A DNA stretch of 38,009 bases from a virus (taxonomy: Duplodnaviria > Caudoviricetes). This document shows positions 24,407-33,788 of the stretch, in pieces. The notes below the pieces were generated by a model. It saw only the letters and a list, made by a program, of their open reading frames with translations, made no database searches and was not told the origin of the DNA. The translations under genes were made by a program, and so were the position numbers. The stretch covers positions 1 through 38,009 of IMG/VR virus record IMGVR_UViG_3300021476_000011. One strand, given 5' to 3'. How positions within the stretch are numbered: the stretch's first letter is position 1; each line of letters opens with the position of its first letter.

Positions 24407-25096
24407 CTATCGGCTGGTCTGCGCCGGCTGTTCCGGCTGCGCCGGGGATTGCGGCATGGGCTGCTCGGGGATGGCGTCCCCGCCGAAGATGCTGGTGTTG
24501 GCGCGCATGATGAACTGCTTGGCTTCGAGCGCGCCCGCCGTCAATTCCTGAGTGACCGGGCGCCCGTACTGGTGCGCGAGCAGGATCGCCAGGTTCAGCT
24601 TCAGTGCATGTCCGTATGCCGGCGGCAGGTTGATGCTCGTGGTGTTGAGGTCCGGCCACTGCTCCATGGGGAGGTAATACCAGACAGTCAGCGTGCCGGT
24701 CGCTTTCGGCCAGCAATAAACATTCGAAGCCGGATACTCGTAATCGCAAAACAGCTTGGTGGCGAACAGGCCGGATCGGCTCTCGTCCACGATCTGCGCC
24801 CACTGCTCGGCGGAAACGATCTCGACAGGCGCGGACAGCGGTCCCGACAGGCAGCTCGCGGCCTTGATCTTGGCGGGCCGCACGCCAAGGTTGTACGGTC
24901 CCTGAGTGGCGACCAGCCCGACGGTGGTTTGCGACAACTGCATGATCATCGCCCCCACCGAGCTGAACACGTCGAGAAGCGTGTTTAGCGCGTCCAGGCC
25001 GTCGTTCTGCTCGCTGGTCGAGAGACTCTCGCCGGCCGCTACCGCGCCAATGGTCAGCGCCGCATCCGTGATGATCGTGAGCGCGGTGAACAGCAT
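24407..25096 (-). CDS. Head-to-tail adaptor, P22 gp4-like, paralog 3 (229 aa)
   Basis: IITDAALTIGAVAAGE...DGLDALNTLL...YCWP...LPPAYGHALKLNLAILLAHQYG. Confidence 0.8.
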   Translation of the reverse strand: MLFTALTIITDAALTIGAVAAGESLSTSEQNDGLDALNTLLDVFSSVGAMIMQLSQTTVGLVATQGPYNLGVRPAKIKAASCLSGPLSAPVEIVSAEQWAQIVDESRSGLFATKLFCDYEYPASNVYCWPKATGTLTVWYYLPMEQWPDLNTTSINLPPAYGHALKLNLAILLAHQYGRPVTQELTAGALEAKQFIMRANTSIFGGDAIPEQPMPQSPAQPEQPAQTSR

Positions 25097-25825
25097 TTAC
25101 TCGGTGACCTTGCCCTTCTCCACATCCACCTCGGTGAGCGGCTGCTGCATGGCCACCGGGCTGAGCGGCGCGGCCGGCATCCCGATCGTGACCGCGTTGA
25201 GCGCGCCGAGCCGCTGTTTGGATCGGTCCGCTTTCAGCGGGATCGTCGGATCGAGGCGTGCGCCCGGGAACTCCGGGAAGATGGCCACCGCCAGGTTGTA
25301 CTTCAGCGCTTCCAGGTACCCCGGCGGGAATGACACCGCATCCGTCAGGTACACGAATGACGAGAGGGGCTTGTAGCTCCACAGCTCGAGCGTCCCGGCG
25401 CCGGGCGCTGGCCACACGTACAGATTGGAGAGCGGAAAATCGTAATCGCAGCACAGGAAATCCACGAACTGGCCGGTCACCGTACGGTCGATAATCGTCG
25501 AAAACTTCTCCGCGCTGACGATCTTGCACGGCATCGAAGAGCCCCCGCCGGTGATCGTCGAAGCCGCGCGGATCTTCTCCGGCCGCACGGTGTTGAACGT
25601 TGCCCCCGCCCCGATGGTGTAGCTGGTGGCTCCCGTCAACGTGAACGTCTCGCGCACCATCTGGTAGATCGTCAGGCCATCGGCCGAGAACGAGTCGACC
25701 ACCTGGTTGAGCGCATCGATGCATGTCTGATACTCGAGGCCGGCGTTCGAAAAGCTGGCGTTGGCGCGCAGCACGCCGATGAGGCGCAGCGCCTCGTCAC
25801 AAATGTTCTGTACGGTGAAAGCCAT
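25097..25825 (-). CDS. Head-to-tail adaptor, P22 gp4-like, paralog 2 (242 aa)
   Basis: ICDEALRLIGV...IDALNQVVDSF...YTIG...YVWPAP...FPPGYLEALKYNLAVAIFPEF. Confidence 0.8.
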   Translation of the reverse strand: MAFTVQNICDEALRLIGVLRANASFSNAGLEYQTCIDALNQVVDSFSADGLTIYQMVRETFTLTGATSYTIGAGATFNTVRPEKIRAASTITGGGSSMPCKIVSAEKFSTIIDRTVTGQFVDFLCCDYDFPLSNLYVWPAPGAGTLELWSYKPLSSFVYLTDAVSFPPGYLEALKYNLAVAIFPEFPGARLDPTIPLKADRSKQRLGALNAVTIGMPAAPLSPVAMQQPLTEVDVEKGKVTE

Positions 25826-26575
25826 TTAAGGTGTGCCTGTGACCCAATTAAAGTCGCTCTTCCGGCCCTTGGCCCCGATGCCCGCCGCATCGTTGACCAG
25901 GCGCGGAGAGCGCGTGTTGTGAGACTGGATCGCCGAGAGCGACGCGCGCGCCATCTCAAGAGCCGCCGGCGACATGTTCGCCTGCGACGGAAATTGCGCG
26001 GCGATCCGCTTGGCCAGGTTGAACACGATCGCTTCTTCGTAGCCTGGCGGAAGCTGAATCAGGTTGGTGGTTGCCGTGGCCACCGGGATCTGACTCCATG
26101 TGTAAAATTCGGCCGGATAGTTCTGGTCCGGGATCGGCCAGAAATACCACGTCGAAAGGCCGGCCACGTCCGCGTAATCCGGGTAGATATCGAGCGGCGG
26201 CCCGAGGATCTGCTGCACGCGCTTGGCCGCCCAGTCGGCCGGCTCCAGAATGTTCATCGCGCGCCGCACCGGATTGGGGTTCGACGTGATCAGTAGGTTG
26301 GCGCGCTCGAGTCTCACCGGCCGCGGCGCGTTAATCCAGTGAGGTCCCGAGCCTCCGGGCCCGATGGTGTACGTCTGCTGGTTGGCGGTCAGCGTGTACG
26401 CGGTGATCAGCCACGAGAAGATGTTCAGCCGGATGTTGTTCCACGAGCCCACCATGCGATTGAAAATCGCGAACACGTCGGCGAGCTGGTCCGGAGACGG
26501 AGTGCGCCCCGGCCGGTCGGTGATCCCCGCGACGCGCAGCGCCGCGTACAGCAGTGTCGAGAGAAGGACGCCCAT
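25826..26575 (-). CDS. Head-to-tail adaptor, P22 gp4-like, paralog 1 (249 aa)
   Basis: LLYAALRVAGI...FNRMVGSW...YTIGPG...YFWPIP...LPPGYEEAIVFNLAKRIAAQF. Confidence 0.8.
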   Translation of the reverse strand: MGVLLSTLLYAALRVAGITDRPGRTPSPDQLADVFAIFNRMVGSWNNIRLNIFSWLITAYTLTANQQTYTIGPGGSGPHWINAPRPVRLERANLLITSNPNPVRRAMNILEPADWAAKRVQQILGPPLDIYPDYADVAGLSTWYFWPIPDQNYPAEFYTWSQIPVATATTNLIQLPPGYEEAIVFNLAKRIAAQFPSQANMSPAALEMARASLSAIQSHNTRSPRLVNDAAGIGAKGRKSDFNWVTGTP

Positions 26576-26578
26576 GAA

Positions 26579-27358
26579 TCAAAACGAGACAGTCAGCAGA
26601 CGTGCGGCCCAGCTCACCGTGGCGTTGCCCGCCAGAAGCTTGTGCTGTATGTCGATGGTGTGAGACCCACTGCTGAGGCTGACCTGGTACTGAGCGACGG
26701 CCGCGGCATGGCCAGTGCCAGCCGAAATGTAAACGCAAGAGTCGTCATTACTCGCTGCCGTGCTGTCCACAACCACAATCGAGCACGAAGTGCCGCTGGT
26801 GCTCACCAGCTCCGTGTCGGCCTGATAGCGAATGACTACCGTTGTGGTTGCGCCGAGAGAAAACGTACAGCTATCGGCCGTGGTCAAATCGCCATAAGTA
26901 GTGCTGGTCGTGCTCTGGCTGGTGACCACCCAGCTCGTGCAGAGGAAGGTGGAGCTGAGAGTGGCAAGCGAGCCAAACGCCGTACCGTTGGTCTCGGTAC
27001 AGGTAATCGCTCCCGTGCTCGCCATCGTACAATCGGCGCTGAAACTCACCGGGGCGTAGGCCGTTCCGCCAGCATTGCCCACCAACACCTGGCCTGCAGC
27101 CGGCGCCGTGTTCGGCACGATGGCCGCTCGCGTCTGGGCATTATTGGTCACACTCCCTAAGCCCACCTGCGTGGCAGTGTAATCGTTGGTCTGTGCCGTG
27201 ACCGCGCCCGTCCGTCCGAAGACGCTGGAAACGGCTCCTCCGCCCCCTCCGCCGCCGAGCGACGCGCCCCCCGGCAGCGGAAGCTGCGCGCGCACCACAG
27301 CCCAGGATGCTAGCAGCAGAATTGCGACCCAGAGGACCGCGACCCAGAGGCGCTTCAC
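26579..27358 (-). CDS. Signal-peptide-bearing fibre-like protein (259 aa)
   Basis: GTGA-coupled start with GGAGG RBS; MKRLWVAVLWVAILLLASWAVVRA|Q; VSSVFGRTGAV and QVGLGSVTN fibre motifs; beta-sandwich C-terminus. Confidence 0.78.
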   Translation of the reverse strand: MKRLWVAVLWVAILLLASWAVVRAQLPLPGGASLGGGGGGGAVSSVFGRTGAVTAQTNDYTATQVGLGSVTNNAQTRAAIVPNTAPAAGQVLVGNAGGTAYAPVSFSADCTMASTGAITCTETNGTAFGSLATLSSTFLCTSWVVTSQSTTSTTYGDLTTADSCTFSLGATTTVVIRYQADTELVSTSGTSCSIVVVDSTAASNDDSCVYISAGTGHAAAVAQYQVSLSSGSHTIDIQHKLLAGNATVSWAARLLTVSF

Positions 27359-27837
27359 GGGTAGACCACCTCCTGGAACTTGATGTCGATCGAAACCGTT
27401 CCGCTGATCGAATTGGAGCGCAGGGTCAGATTGACGCTCGTCCCTCCGCCGTAGAAGGTGATGCCCGAAAGATCCAGCGTGTACGCGCACGCGGCGGCGC
27501 AGTTGTATTGCGCGAGCACCGTTCCCGAGCCCACATTGGAACTGGTCCACGCCTTGGCTGCCGCCGCGGGCACCAGCGACAGATACGGGTTGATCGCGCT
27601 CACCGTCCCCGCGGTGGACGTGGCCGCGGCTCCGTTTACCTCGAGCTGCATGGTGCAGGCCACCGAGCAGTCGAAATAGGCCGCCAGGAAATTCACCTGG
27701 CGCGAGCCGGAGGCGGGCTGCTGCACGGTCACCACCGCCGCGGCGCTCGAAAGCGAGGCCTGGGTTGCGACCGTGTAGGTGTAGGGCGTGGCGGCGTGGG
27801 CCGCGATCGCCGCGAGCCACAGCAATGCGCGTTTCAT
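27355..27837 (-). CDS. Signal-peptide-bearing beta-rich protein (160 aa)
   Basis: MKRALLWLAAIAAHA|A; four Cys in the mature part. Confidence 0.8.
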   Translation of the reverse strand: MKRALLWLAAIAAHAATPYTYTVATQASLSSAAAVVTVQQPASGSRQVNFLAAYFDCSVACTMQLEVNGAAATSTAGTVSAINPYLSLVPAAAAKAWTSSNVGSGTVLAQYNCAAACAYTLDLSGITFYGGGTSVNLTLRSNSISGTVSIDIKFQEVVYP

Positions 27838-28173
27838 CTATTTACCCTTTTTCGGCTTCTTGAGTTCCAGGTCCACGGCCGCGGCTTCCGCTGCGGTAGC
27901 CTCGTCCAGCTCCGGTTCCACGGTCTGCTCCAGTGCTTCGTGCGGCGTCTTCGACCAGCCCGCGGCAAGCGCCGCTTCCATGTCTTCCTTTGTGTGCGCG
28001 AGCGCGTGCCCCGTGCCCTTGTACATCAGCCTCGGAAATTCCTGGTGACGGTAGGGCTCTTTGGGCGGGTTGTTCAGGTCGAATTCCTTGACCGGCTTGG
28101 ATGCCGCATCGTGCTGCAGCACGATCTGGCGCATGCGCTCGATTTCTTCCTGCGTGAGTTGGCTTGGGGCCAT
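27838..28173 (-). CDS. Hypothetical head-module protein (111 aa; alternative TTG start at 28275)
   Basis: GGAG RBS; YRHQEFPRLMY motif; acidic then Lys-rich tail. Confidence 0.7.
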   Translation of the reverse strand: MAPSQLTQEEIERMRQIVLQHDAASKPVKEFDLNNPPKEPYRHQEFPRLMYKGTGHALAHTKEDMEAALAAGWSKTPHEALEQTVEPELDEATAAEAAAVDLELKKPKKGK

Positions 28174-28279
28174 GCGTATATCTCCCGGCAAGCCGAAGAT
28201 TGCGGCTTCGGCCTGGTGTTGTTGCTCGGGAGTCAGATTGCTGCGTCTGACTCCCGAGGTTTCGTTGAGAGGCAAGGGC

Positions 28280-29251
28280 TCAATAAAGCTCGAGCCACGG
28301 TCCGACCGCGGTCGTAAACGTGGTCGGAGCCGTAAGTGCCCCGATGGTGCCGAAGGTGCCGGTGAAGCTCTTGGTGAGGAGCTGATCGGACACGCCGGTG
28401 ACCACCATGCGAATGGTGTCGGTGGTGCCGTTCGATTGAGCGCACGCGAAATACTGCGCCGGGCCCACCGCGAAATATTTCGCCGTGAACGCCAGCGCGA
28501 TGTAAATGCTGGCGGTCGAGCCATTGTTGCTGGATCCGGGCGCGAGCGCGCTGTTGGCGAGCGCGTTGCCGGCGGAATCGTACAGCACGGTCAGCCACTT
28601 GTCGGTGCCAACCGTGGTTCCGGCGAGTACTCCGATTCCGGTGAGCAGCCGGTTGGCCGGCAGGTTCACCTCCGTGCAGTACGTGGTGCCGGCCACCAGC
28701 GTGGTGCCGCTGCTGTTGAGAGCTGTGTAGGCCGTGCCCCCGGTGGGCGGAAATTGCTGCTTGTAGGGCTGCAGCGCGTTCGCCACGCCATTCACCCACG
28801 TTCCGCCCAGGCAATCGGAGATTACCCCGGTCAGCACGTTGATCTTGGGCAGCACGTCCGCTGGAGCCGTTCCGCGGGTGCAGGCGCCCTGCAGCTCGGT
28901 TTGGAGCGGCCGCGCCACGAAGCTCGAGGGCACGCCGAAGAACACCAGCGCGCCCGATTTGTGCGCCACGCCGACGGTCCCGCCGGCGCCGCGCCGCACG
29001 ACGATGTTGGTGCCGCTGACTCCGCGCACCTCCATCAACTCGTGGTCGATGTAAAGATCAGTCAGGGTCGCGGCGGTTTGCGGAGTCGAAGGCAGGGCCG
29101 GGCCGCTGATGCCGGTGGCGCTCGCCACCTGCAGCACCGTGGTCTTGCTATCGGACACGGCCGCCGAAAGCGTCGTGGGTGTGATGAGCGTTTGCGCGTG
29201 GCTGATGGCCAGCGCAAACAGGCTGAGGAAAATGGTTCGAATTTTGGTCAT
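28280..29251 (-). CDS. Signal-peptide-bearing beta-rich protein directly after the capsid gene, decoration-like (323 aa)
   Basis: AGGAG RBS; MTKIRTIFLSLFALAISHA|Q; TTLSAAV...LYIDHELMEV...VRRGAGGT...AHKSGALV motif. Confidence 0.8.
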   Translation of the reverse strand: MTKIRTIFLSLFALAISHAQTLITPTTLSAAVSDSKTTVLQVASATGISGPALPSTPQTAATLTDLYIDHELMEVRGVSGTNIVVRRGAGGTVGVAHKSGALVFFGVPSSFVARPLQTELQGACTRGTAPADVLPKINVLTGVISDCLGGTWVNGVANALQPYKQQFPPTGGTAYTALNSSGTTLVAGTTYCTEVNLPANRLLTGIGVLAGTTVGTDKWLTVLYDSAGNALANSALAPGSSNNGSTASIYIALAFTAKYFAVGPAQYFACAQSNGTTDTIRMVVTGVSDQLLTKSFTGTFGTIGALTAPTTFTTAVGPWLELY

Positions 29252-29265
29252 GTGGGAATCTCCTG

Positions 29266-30504
29266 TTACGCGCCCGCCACGCAGACCGCGCCGTTGTCCT
29301 GGTAGAGCGCGCCGAATCCGCCCAGCGAATCCATGCGCTGGATCTGCACGCTGCGCACCGGATCCCAGGCCTTGACCTTGCGGACACTCATTCCGGTGTC
29401 GGGATCTTGCGCCGCGCCGCTGTCTTCCACCGCTTTGGGCACGTACAGCTTCGCGCCCACGAATGCGTGCGCATAGCGCGAGAGCGCCAGGCCGACCGTG
29501 CCCACCGCGCCGTTGGGGCTGCCAGTGCCAGGCCACAGCGTGAGAGCCGCGGCATTGGCCGGCAGGGCGTCCACGTTCTGGTATTGCGAGCCCGGACCAT
29601 AAATGGCCGGCAGGAAGTTCAGCACATCGGTTCCCGCGCCCGTGCCGGTGAGGGCTTGAGTCACGGTGAACATCTGCACCGCTTTCGGGCCCGGGAAGCG
29701 GCGAGTCATGGGGTTGACCTGGTTCACGTTGGCGATGGAAAATTTGTCGCCCACGTTGAACGTGTCGCCCGAGGTGTTGTTGATGATGAGCGACGTCGTT
29801 CCGCTCTGGTTCGCGCCGTTGACCGAGACAGTCGATGCCCAGGTGCCAGCGGTGTGCGAATAGAGTGAGTTCGACTCGAAGAACATGAAGCCGGCCAGCT
29901 CTCCGATCGCTCCCTCCTTCCACGACGCGGTGATTTCGTCCGCCGGATGGAAGATGGTGGTGATGTTGGAGCCGAGCGATTGCATCATGCTCGAACTGAT
30001 CAGGCAGCAGCGCTTTCCGGGCGGGCAGGCCTTCTCGAGCAGTCGCTGCCGCAGCTTGTAGTACGTGGTGACCGAGGTCGGATCGGTTCCCAGGATGCCG
30101 AATACGTTGGACGTATTCTGATACGCGAACTTGGCGCAGCGCGAATCCCACTCCTGGGACATGGCCGCGGCGGCCGGCTCCAGGTAATTCTCGCGCAGCT
30201 CCTCTTCGGAGCGCTCGAGCTTCACTGCCGCTTCGTAGTCGTCCCACTCGAACGCGACCTGGATCCACTGATCGAGAGAGATCTGCGTCGAGACGCGGTT
30301 GATGCCCTGCGGCGCATACCCCATCCCGTCCGCCGTGGTGAATCGCTGCGGAAACTTGACCTGAATCTGGGAGCCGGGAGCGAACTCTTTCTTGAAATCC
30401 TTCTCCCAAGCCCGGTTGAAGTACTCGGCTACCACCAGCTTGTTGAGCAGCAGCCGGAGGATCTCCATGGAGACCCAGTTAGTGTTTAGAAAATTGTTAG
30501 CCAT
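29266..30504 (-). CDS. Major capsid protein, P22 coat (gp5) family (412 aa)
   Basis: MANNFL...EILRLLLNKLV...GSQIQVKFP...YLEPAAAAM; insertion domain GDTFNVGDKFSIANVNQVNP; follows scaffold. Confidence 0.92.
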   Translation of the reverse strand: MANNFLNTNWVSMEILRLLLNKLVVAEYFNRAWEKDFKKEFAPGSQIQVKFPQRFTTADGMGYAPQGINRVSTQISLDQWIQVAFEWDDYEAAVKLERSEEELRENYLEPAAAAMSQEWDSRCAKFAYQNTSNVFGILGTDPTSVTTYYKLRQRLLEKACPPGKRCCLISSSMMQSLGSNITTIFHPADEITASWKEGAIGELAGFMFFESNSLYSHTAGTWASTVSVNGANQSGTTSLIINNTSGDTFNVGDKFSIANVNQVNPMTRRFPGPKAVQMFTVTQALTGTGAGTDVLNFLPAIYGPGSQYQNVDALPANAAALTLWPGTGSPNGAVGTVGLALSRYAHAFVGAKLYVPKAVEDSGAAQDPDTGMSVRKVKAWDPVRSVQIQRMDSLGGFGALYQDNGAVCVAGA

Positions 30505-30513
30505 TTTAGGGCG

Positions 30514-31557
30514 TTAGCGTCCTCTGCGGCGCTCTAAATCGCGCCGGTTGGCAGCGGCCCGGAAGGTTGCGAAATCGCTGGACTTCACGGCCGAGTCGAT
30601 CTCGTCCGGAGGCGTGGCGCCACGGCCACTCACCTCTTTCGGAGGCTCGGGGGCTTTGCTGCTGGTCTTTTTCTCGGGAGCGTCGGAAACGAACTTGCCC
30701 GAAGCGTCGCGCTGCGCGCCGCCGGATTCTGAAGCTTCCGGCTTCCGAGCTTTCGCGAGTTCCTCTTTGACCAGGCTTTCCAGCAGCACGATCTTGCGGA
30801 TCGCGGCGCCAGGATCACTCTTCGCGAGTGACACCAGCTCCGCCAGGTCTTCCGGTTTGGATCCGATCACATACATCAGATCCACCAGCACCGGAGACTG
30901 ATCGGTGAGAGCTTTCACAGCCACAGGGATATCCTTGTCCGAGAAAATCGCTTGGGCCGCGGACTGGATGTGCGTGTCCGCTTCGGCGCCGTATCGCTGG
31001 CGTGCGGATTGGACTTTCTCGTTGAGAGCCTTGGCTGCTTCGGCCTGCTTCTGCTGCTGCTGAAATTCCGCCAGACGCTGGCGAGCCTTGTAATCGGCCA
31101 GATTTTCGTAATAGGCGTCTCTGGCTGACTCGTACCCGTCGATCGTCTTGTAGTCTTCGAGTTTCGGTTTGGGCGGTGGTCCGGCCGGTTTGGCGGTTGT
31201 CTCCGTTGTGGCGGCTTGCGGCTGGACCTGCTTGGCTTCGCGCTGGAATGTTTTCAGCTCGGCTGGAGATAGGCCTGCTCGCTTTAAATCGTCGAGCAGC
31301 TCATTCAGCCGTGTCTCGGCATTCGAGCGTTTGCGCTCCTGTCTATTGCCCGCTTCCGAGGCGGGGGCGGCTTTTTCGGACGTCGAGGCTGCCGGGGCCT
31401 CCGGTTTCGGCTCCGATTTGGCAGGAGGGGCGGCTTTGCGCTCCGGGAGTTTCCCCGTCACGCGCCATTCGCCGTACTCCTTGCTATCGGTGGGAACTTC
31501 TAAAACCGCGGTCGCGGTGGACGATTCCGCGGGTGCCTGGTGGGCTGCGTCACTCAT
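30514..31557 (-). CDS. Capsid scaffolding protein (347 aa)
   Basis: AAGGA RBS; PKPKLEDY...YESARDAY...DYKARQ; APEPPKEVSG C-terminus; between portal and coat. Confidence 0.82.
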   Translation of the reverse strand: MSDAAHQAPAESSTATAVLEVPTDSKEYGEWRVTGKLPERKAAPPAKSEPKPEAPAASTSEKAAPASEAGNRQERKRSNAETRLNELLDDLKRAGLSPAELKTFQREAKQVQPQAATTETTAKPAGPPPKPKLEDYKTIDGYESARDAYYENLADYKARQRLAEFQQQQKQAEAAKALNEKVQSARQRYGAEADTHIQSAAQAIFSDKDIPVAVKALTDQSPVLVDLMYVIGSKPEDLAELVSLAKSDPGAAIRKIVLLESLVKEELAKARKPEASESGGAQRDASGKFVSDAPEKKTSSKAPEPPKEVSGRGATPPDEIDSAVKSSDFATFRAAANRRDLERRRGR

Positions 31558-31573
31558 TGGTTTTCCTTGTCTG

Positions 31574-33634
31574 TCAGACGGCCGGCGGTGCGCCAGGCTG
31601 CGGCGCGGCCGCGGCTGCCGGTGGCTGCGCCATGGCGCGTTCTTGCACGTGCTCCGCGGCCAGCGTGCGCATGTCGTGCCCCTGATCCACCAGCTTGGCG
31701 TACAGATCGCGGATAAACTCGGCGCGCTCGGCCAGCTCCTGGCTCTTGGTCTGAACTTCCGCAATCGCGAGCTGCGCCTCGATTTTCATCTTTTCGATGG
31801 CCATCCGCGCCTGATTGTCGAGCAGCTTGCCCTGCTTCTCCAGCGTCAATTTCTGCAGCTCGGCCTGAAGCTGCTGGACCAGCACTCCCTGCGCCTGTAA
31901 CTGCTGCTGCGCCGCTGCCAGCTGCTGGCCGGCCTGCTGCGCCTGGTCGGGCGAGGACGGGCTGATGATCTGGGCCATCTCGTCGCCCTTGGGCCCTAGC
32001 TGCCGCATCTGGATCGCGAGCGCCAGCAGCTTCGCCTGTTGCGGAGGCGGTACCGGGAGCGTCGCGAGATTCTGAATCAGCGTGTCCAGGAAGCTGGCCG
32101 CCTCTTCACGCTGCGACTGATAGCTCGGGCCGGTCGAGATCTCCAGATCGTGATCCGCCTCTTCGTCCGTCAGCGGGTAATGCACCATCTGATTGGTCCG
32201 CGTGTCCAGGTACGGCGCCGCGGTGTTGATGCGCACCACGCGGTGCGAGTCGTCCGGCATCCTCAGCGCAATCTCGCGCTCCGTGTCGTAGACGACCGGG
32301 ATCCACTCCTCGATCACGCGGCCGGCGAATTCCAGCGCGCGGTCGAAATTATCGACGAAATGGAACGAGCCCAGGTCCTGCTGCTGGTTGATGCGCTCCA
32401 GCGCGACGCCCGATTTCTCGTTGTTGCGCTGCGCCGCGGTGGGCAGCGGGCTGATGCCCATGGCTGCCTGGATCGCGCGCCGGCTGGAGTCTTTGGCCAT
32501 CTCGTAGCCCTGGAAATTGGGCGTGAATGACTCGCGCCGCGGCAGCGGCAAAATTTGACCGTTCGACGAATCCGTAATCGGATCCACCTGCAGGAACGCG
32601 CGCGGAACGCGGTTCGCGTTCTCCCAGGCCTCCGCGTCCGCCTCGAATTGTCCCTTGTACCCGACGTACGGCGACTTCGGCGTCTGGCCCGCTTCCTCCA
32701 TCTGCTGTGTGACCAGGAACGCGAGCGAGAGCTGCGGGTCGCGCGCCAGGCGCACCAGCGAGAACAGCTTTCTCTTGGCCACCCCGCCCTCATCGATGTA
32801 GCGCTGCTTGCCGACAAACGGGATGATCGGGATGTGCTCGCCAGGCTGCGGGAGTCTCTCCAGAATCTCGACGCCATTCGTGATGTACTGAGTCACTTCG
32901 AGGCCTGACTCTTCATCGCCGGTCACTCGCCAGTACTCGGCCACCAAGACCTGCTGGTCCTGGAGCCAGTCTTTGGCGATGCGCATGTGCTCGGCCGTGA
33001 AGTCTTTGATTTGCGCCTTCGGGTAGCGGCGCTTGAACTCCTCGCGCGGGATCGGATCCAGCACGAAACAGCCGCGCCCGTCCGACCAGTCGGCCTCCTT
33101 GCAGTCCGGGTCGTACAGCACCGAGTCCGGATTGGCGATGTTCTTGATGACGATTTCCTGGTCTTTGTTCTTGCGACGGTTCACATACCGGCGCGAGACC
33201 CGGCAATAACCGTACGACCCCTCGAGCATGTTTTCGAACGCCGTCACGTAGGCGTTCTGAGCATGCGAGCGGTATTCGATGCCGCGGATGAGGTTCTGCC
33301 GGAATTCGGCCGTCTTCTCCGTGGCGCCGTTCCCGCCGGGATTCACCTTGATCCCGCGCTTGTTCAGCCGCAGGTTGTTGGTCGCCTGGTTGACGTACTG
33401 GTTCAGCTCGTCGTGGTTGATGCAGGGCCGGCCGGCGTTCTCGCGCGCGGCGCGGTCCTTCTCGTCCCACGGGTCACCGCTGAGATACTTGCGGTCAATG
33501 CGCGACTCCTCGCGGATCTCGCGCCAGGCGTCGTCGTAATAGCGATACCGGTCGCGGATCTCCTGGAGCAGCTCTTCGTCCTGCTCGGAGGCCTGCAGGT
33601 CCTGCCCGCTGTCGTCGCGCTCGTCGTCGGCCAT
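31574..33634 (-). CDS. Portal protein, P22-like (686 aa)
   Basis: GDPW...RPCI.H.ELNQYVNQ...; HIPIIPF.G; LVRLARDPQ; SGVAL; ISTGPSYQSQREEA; Gln-rich C-terminal barrel. Confidence 0.93.
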   Translation of the reverse strand: MADDERDDSGQDLQASEQDEELLQEIRDRYRYYDDAWREIREESRIDRKYLSGDPWDEKDRAARENAGRPCINHDELNQYVNQATNNLRLNKRGIKVNPGGNGATEKTAEFRQNLIRGIEYRSHAQNAYVTAFENMLEGSYGYCRVSRRYVNRRKNKDQEIVIKNIANPDSVLYDPDCKEADWSDGRGCFVLDPIPREEFKRRYPKAQIKDFTAEHMRIAKDWLQDQQVLVAEYWRVTGDEESGLEVTQYITNGVEILERLPQPGEHIPIIPFVGKQRYIDEGGVAKRKLFSLVRLARDPQLSLAFLVTQQMEEAGQTPKSPYVGYKGQFEADAEAWENANRVPRAFLQVDPITDSSNGQILPLPRRESFTPNFQGYEMAKDSSRRAIQAAMGISPLPTAAQRNNEKSGVALERINQQQDLGSFHFVDNFDRALEFAGRVIEEWIPVVYDTEREIALRMPDDSHRVVRINTAAPYLDTRTNQMVHYPLTDEEADHDLEISTGPSYQSQREEAASFLDTLIQNLATLPVPPPQQAKLLALAIQMRQLGPKGDEMAQIISPSSPDQAQQAGQQLAAAQQQLQAQGVLVQQLQAELQKLTLEKQGKLLDNQARMAIEKMKIEAQLAIAEVQTKSQELAERAEFIRDLYAKLVDQGHDMRTLAAEHVQERAMAQPPAAAAAPQPGAPPAV

Positions 33635-33637
33635 GGA

Positions 33638-33787
33638 TCACTTGCGTATGAGCTTGTGCACGAGCCGCACCGGCGCCGTCACCACGCGCTCCACCTTGTA
33701 GGCCGCGTGTCTCACGGGCGGGCTTTTGACGGTGGTGATGCCGATGGCGATAATCGCACCCGCGACCAGGACTCCGGCAGGAGGCAT
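33638..33787 (-). CDS. Small membrane-anchored basic protein (49 aa)
   Basis: Not in ORF track; MPPAGVLVAGAIIAIGITTVKSPPVRHAAYKVERVVTAPVRLVHKLIRK fills the gap exactly. Confidence 0.6.
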   Translation of the reverse strand: MPPAGVLVAGAIIAIGITTVKSPPVRHAAYKVERVVTAPVRLVHKLIRK

Positions 33788-33788
33788 T

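Noticed and set aside
28280-30409. 709-aa ORF as given in the track (likewise the long versions at 26579-27820, 19471-21693, 30514-31764, 3002-4549)
   Set aside because: Upstream parts overlap real genes in other frames; RBS and coupling support the shorter starts reported
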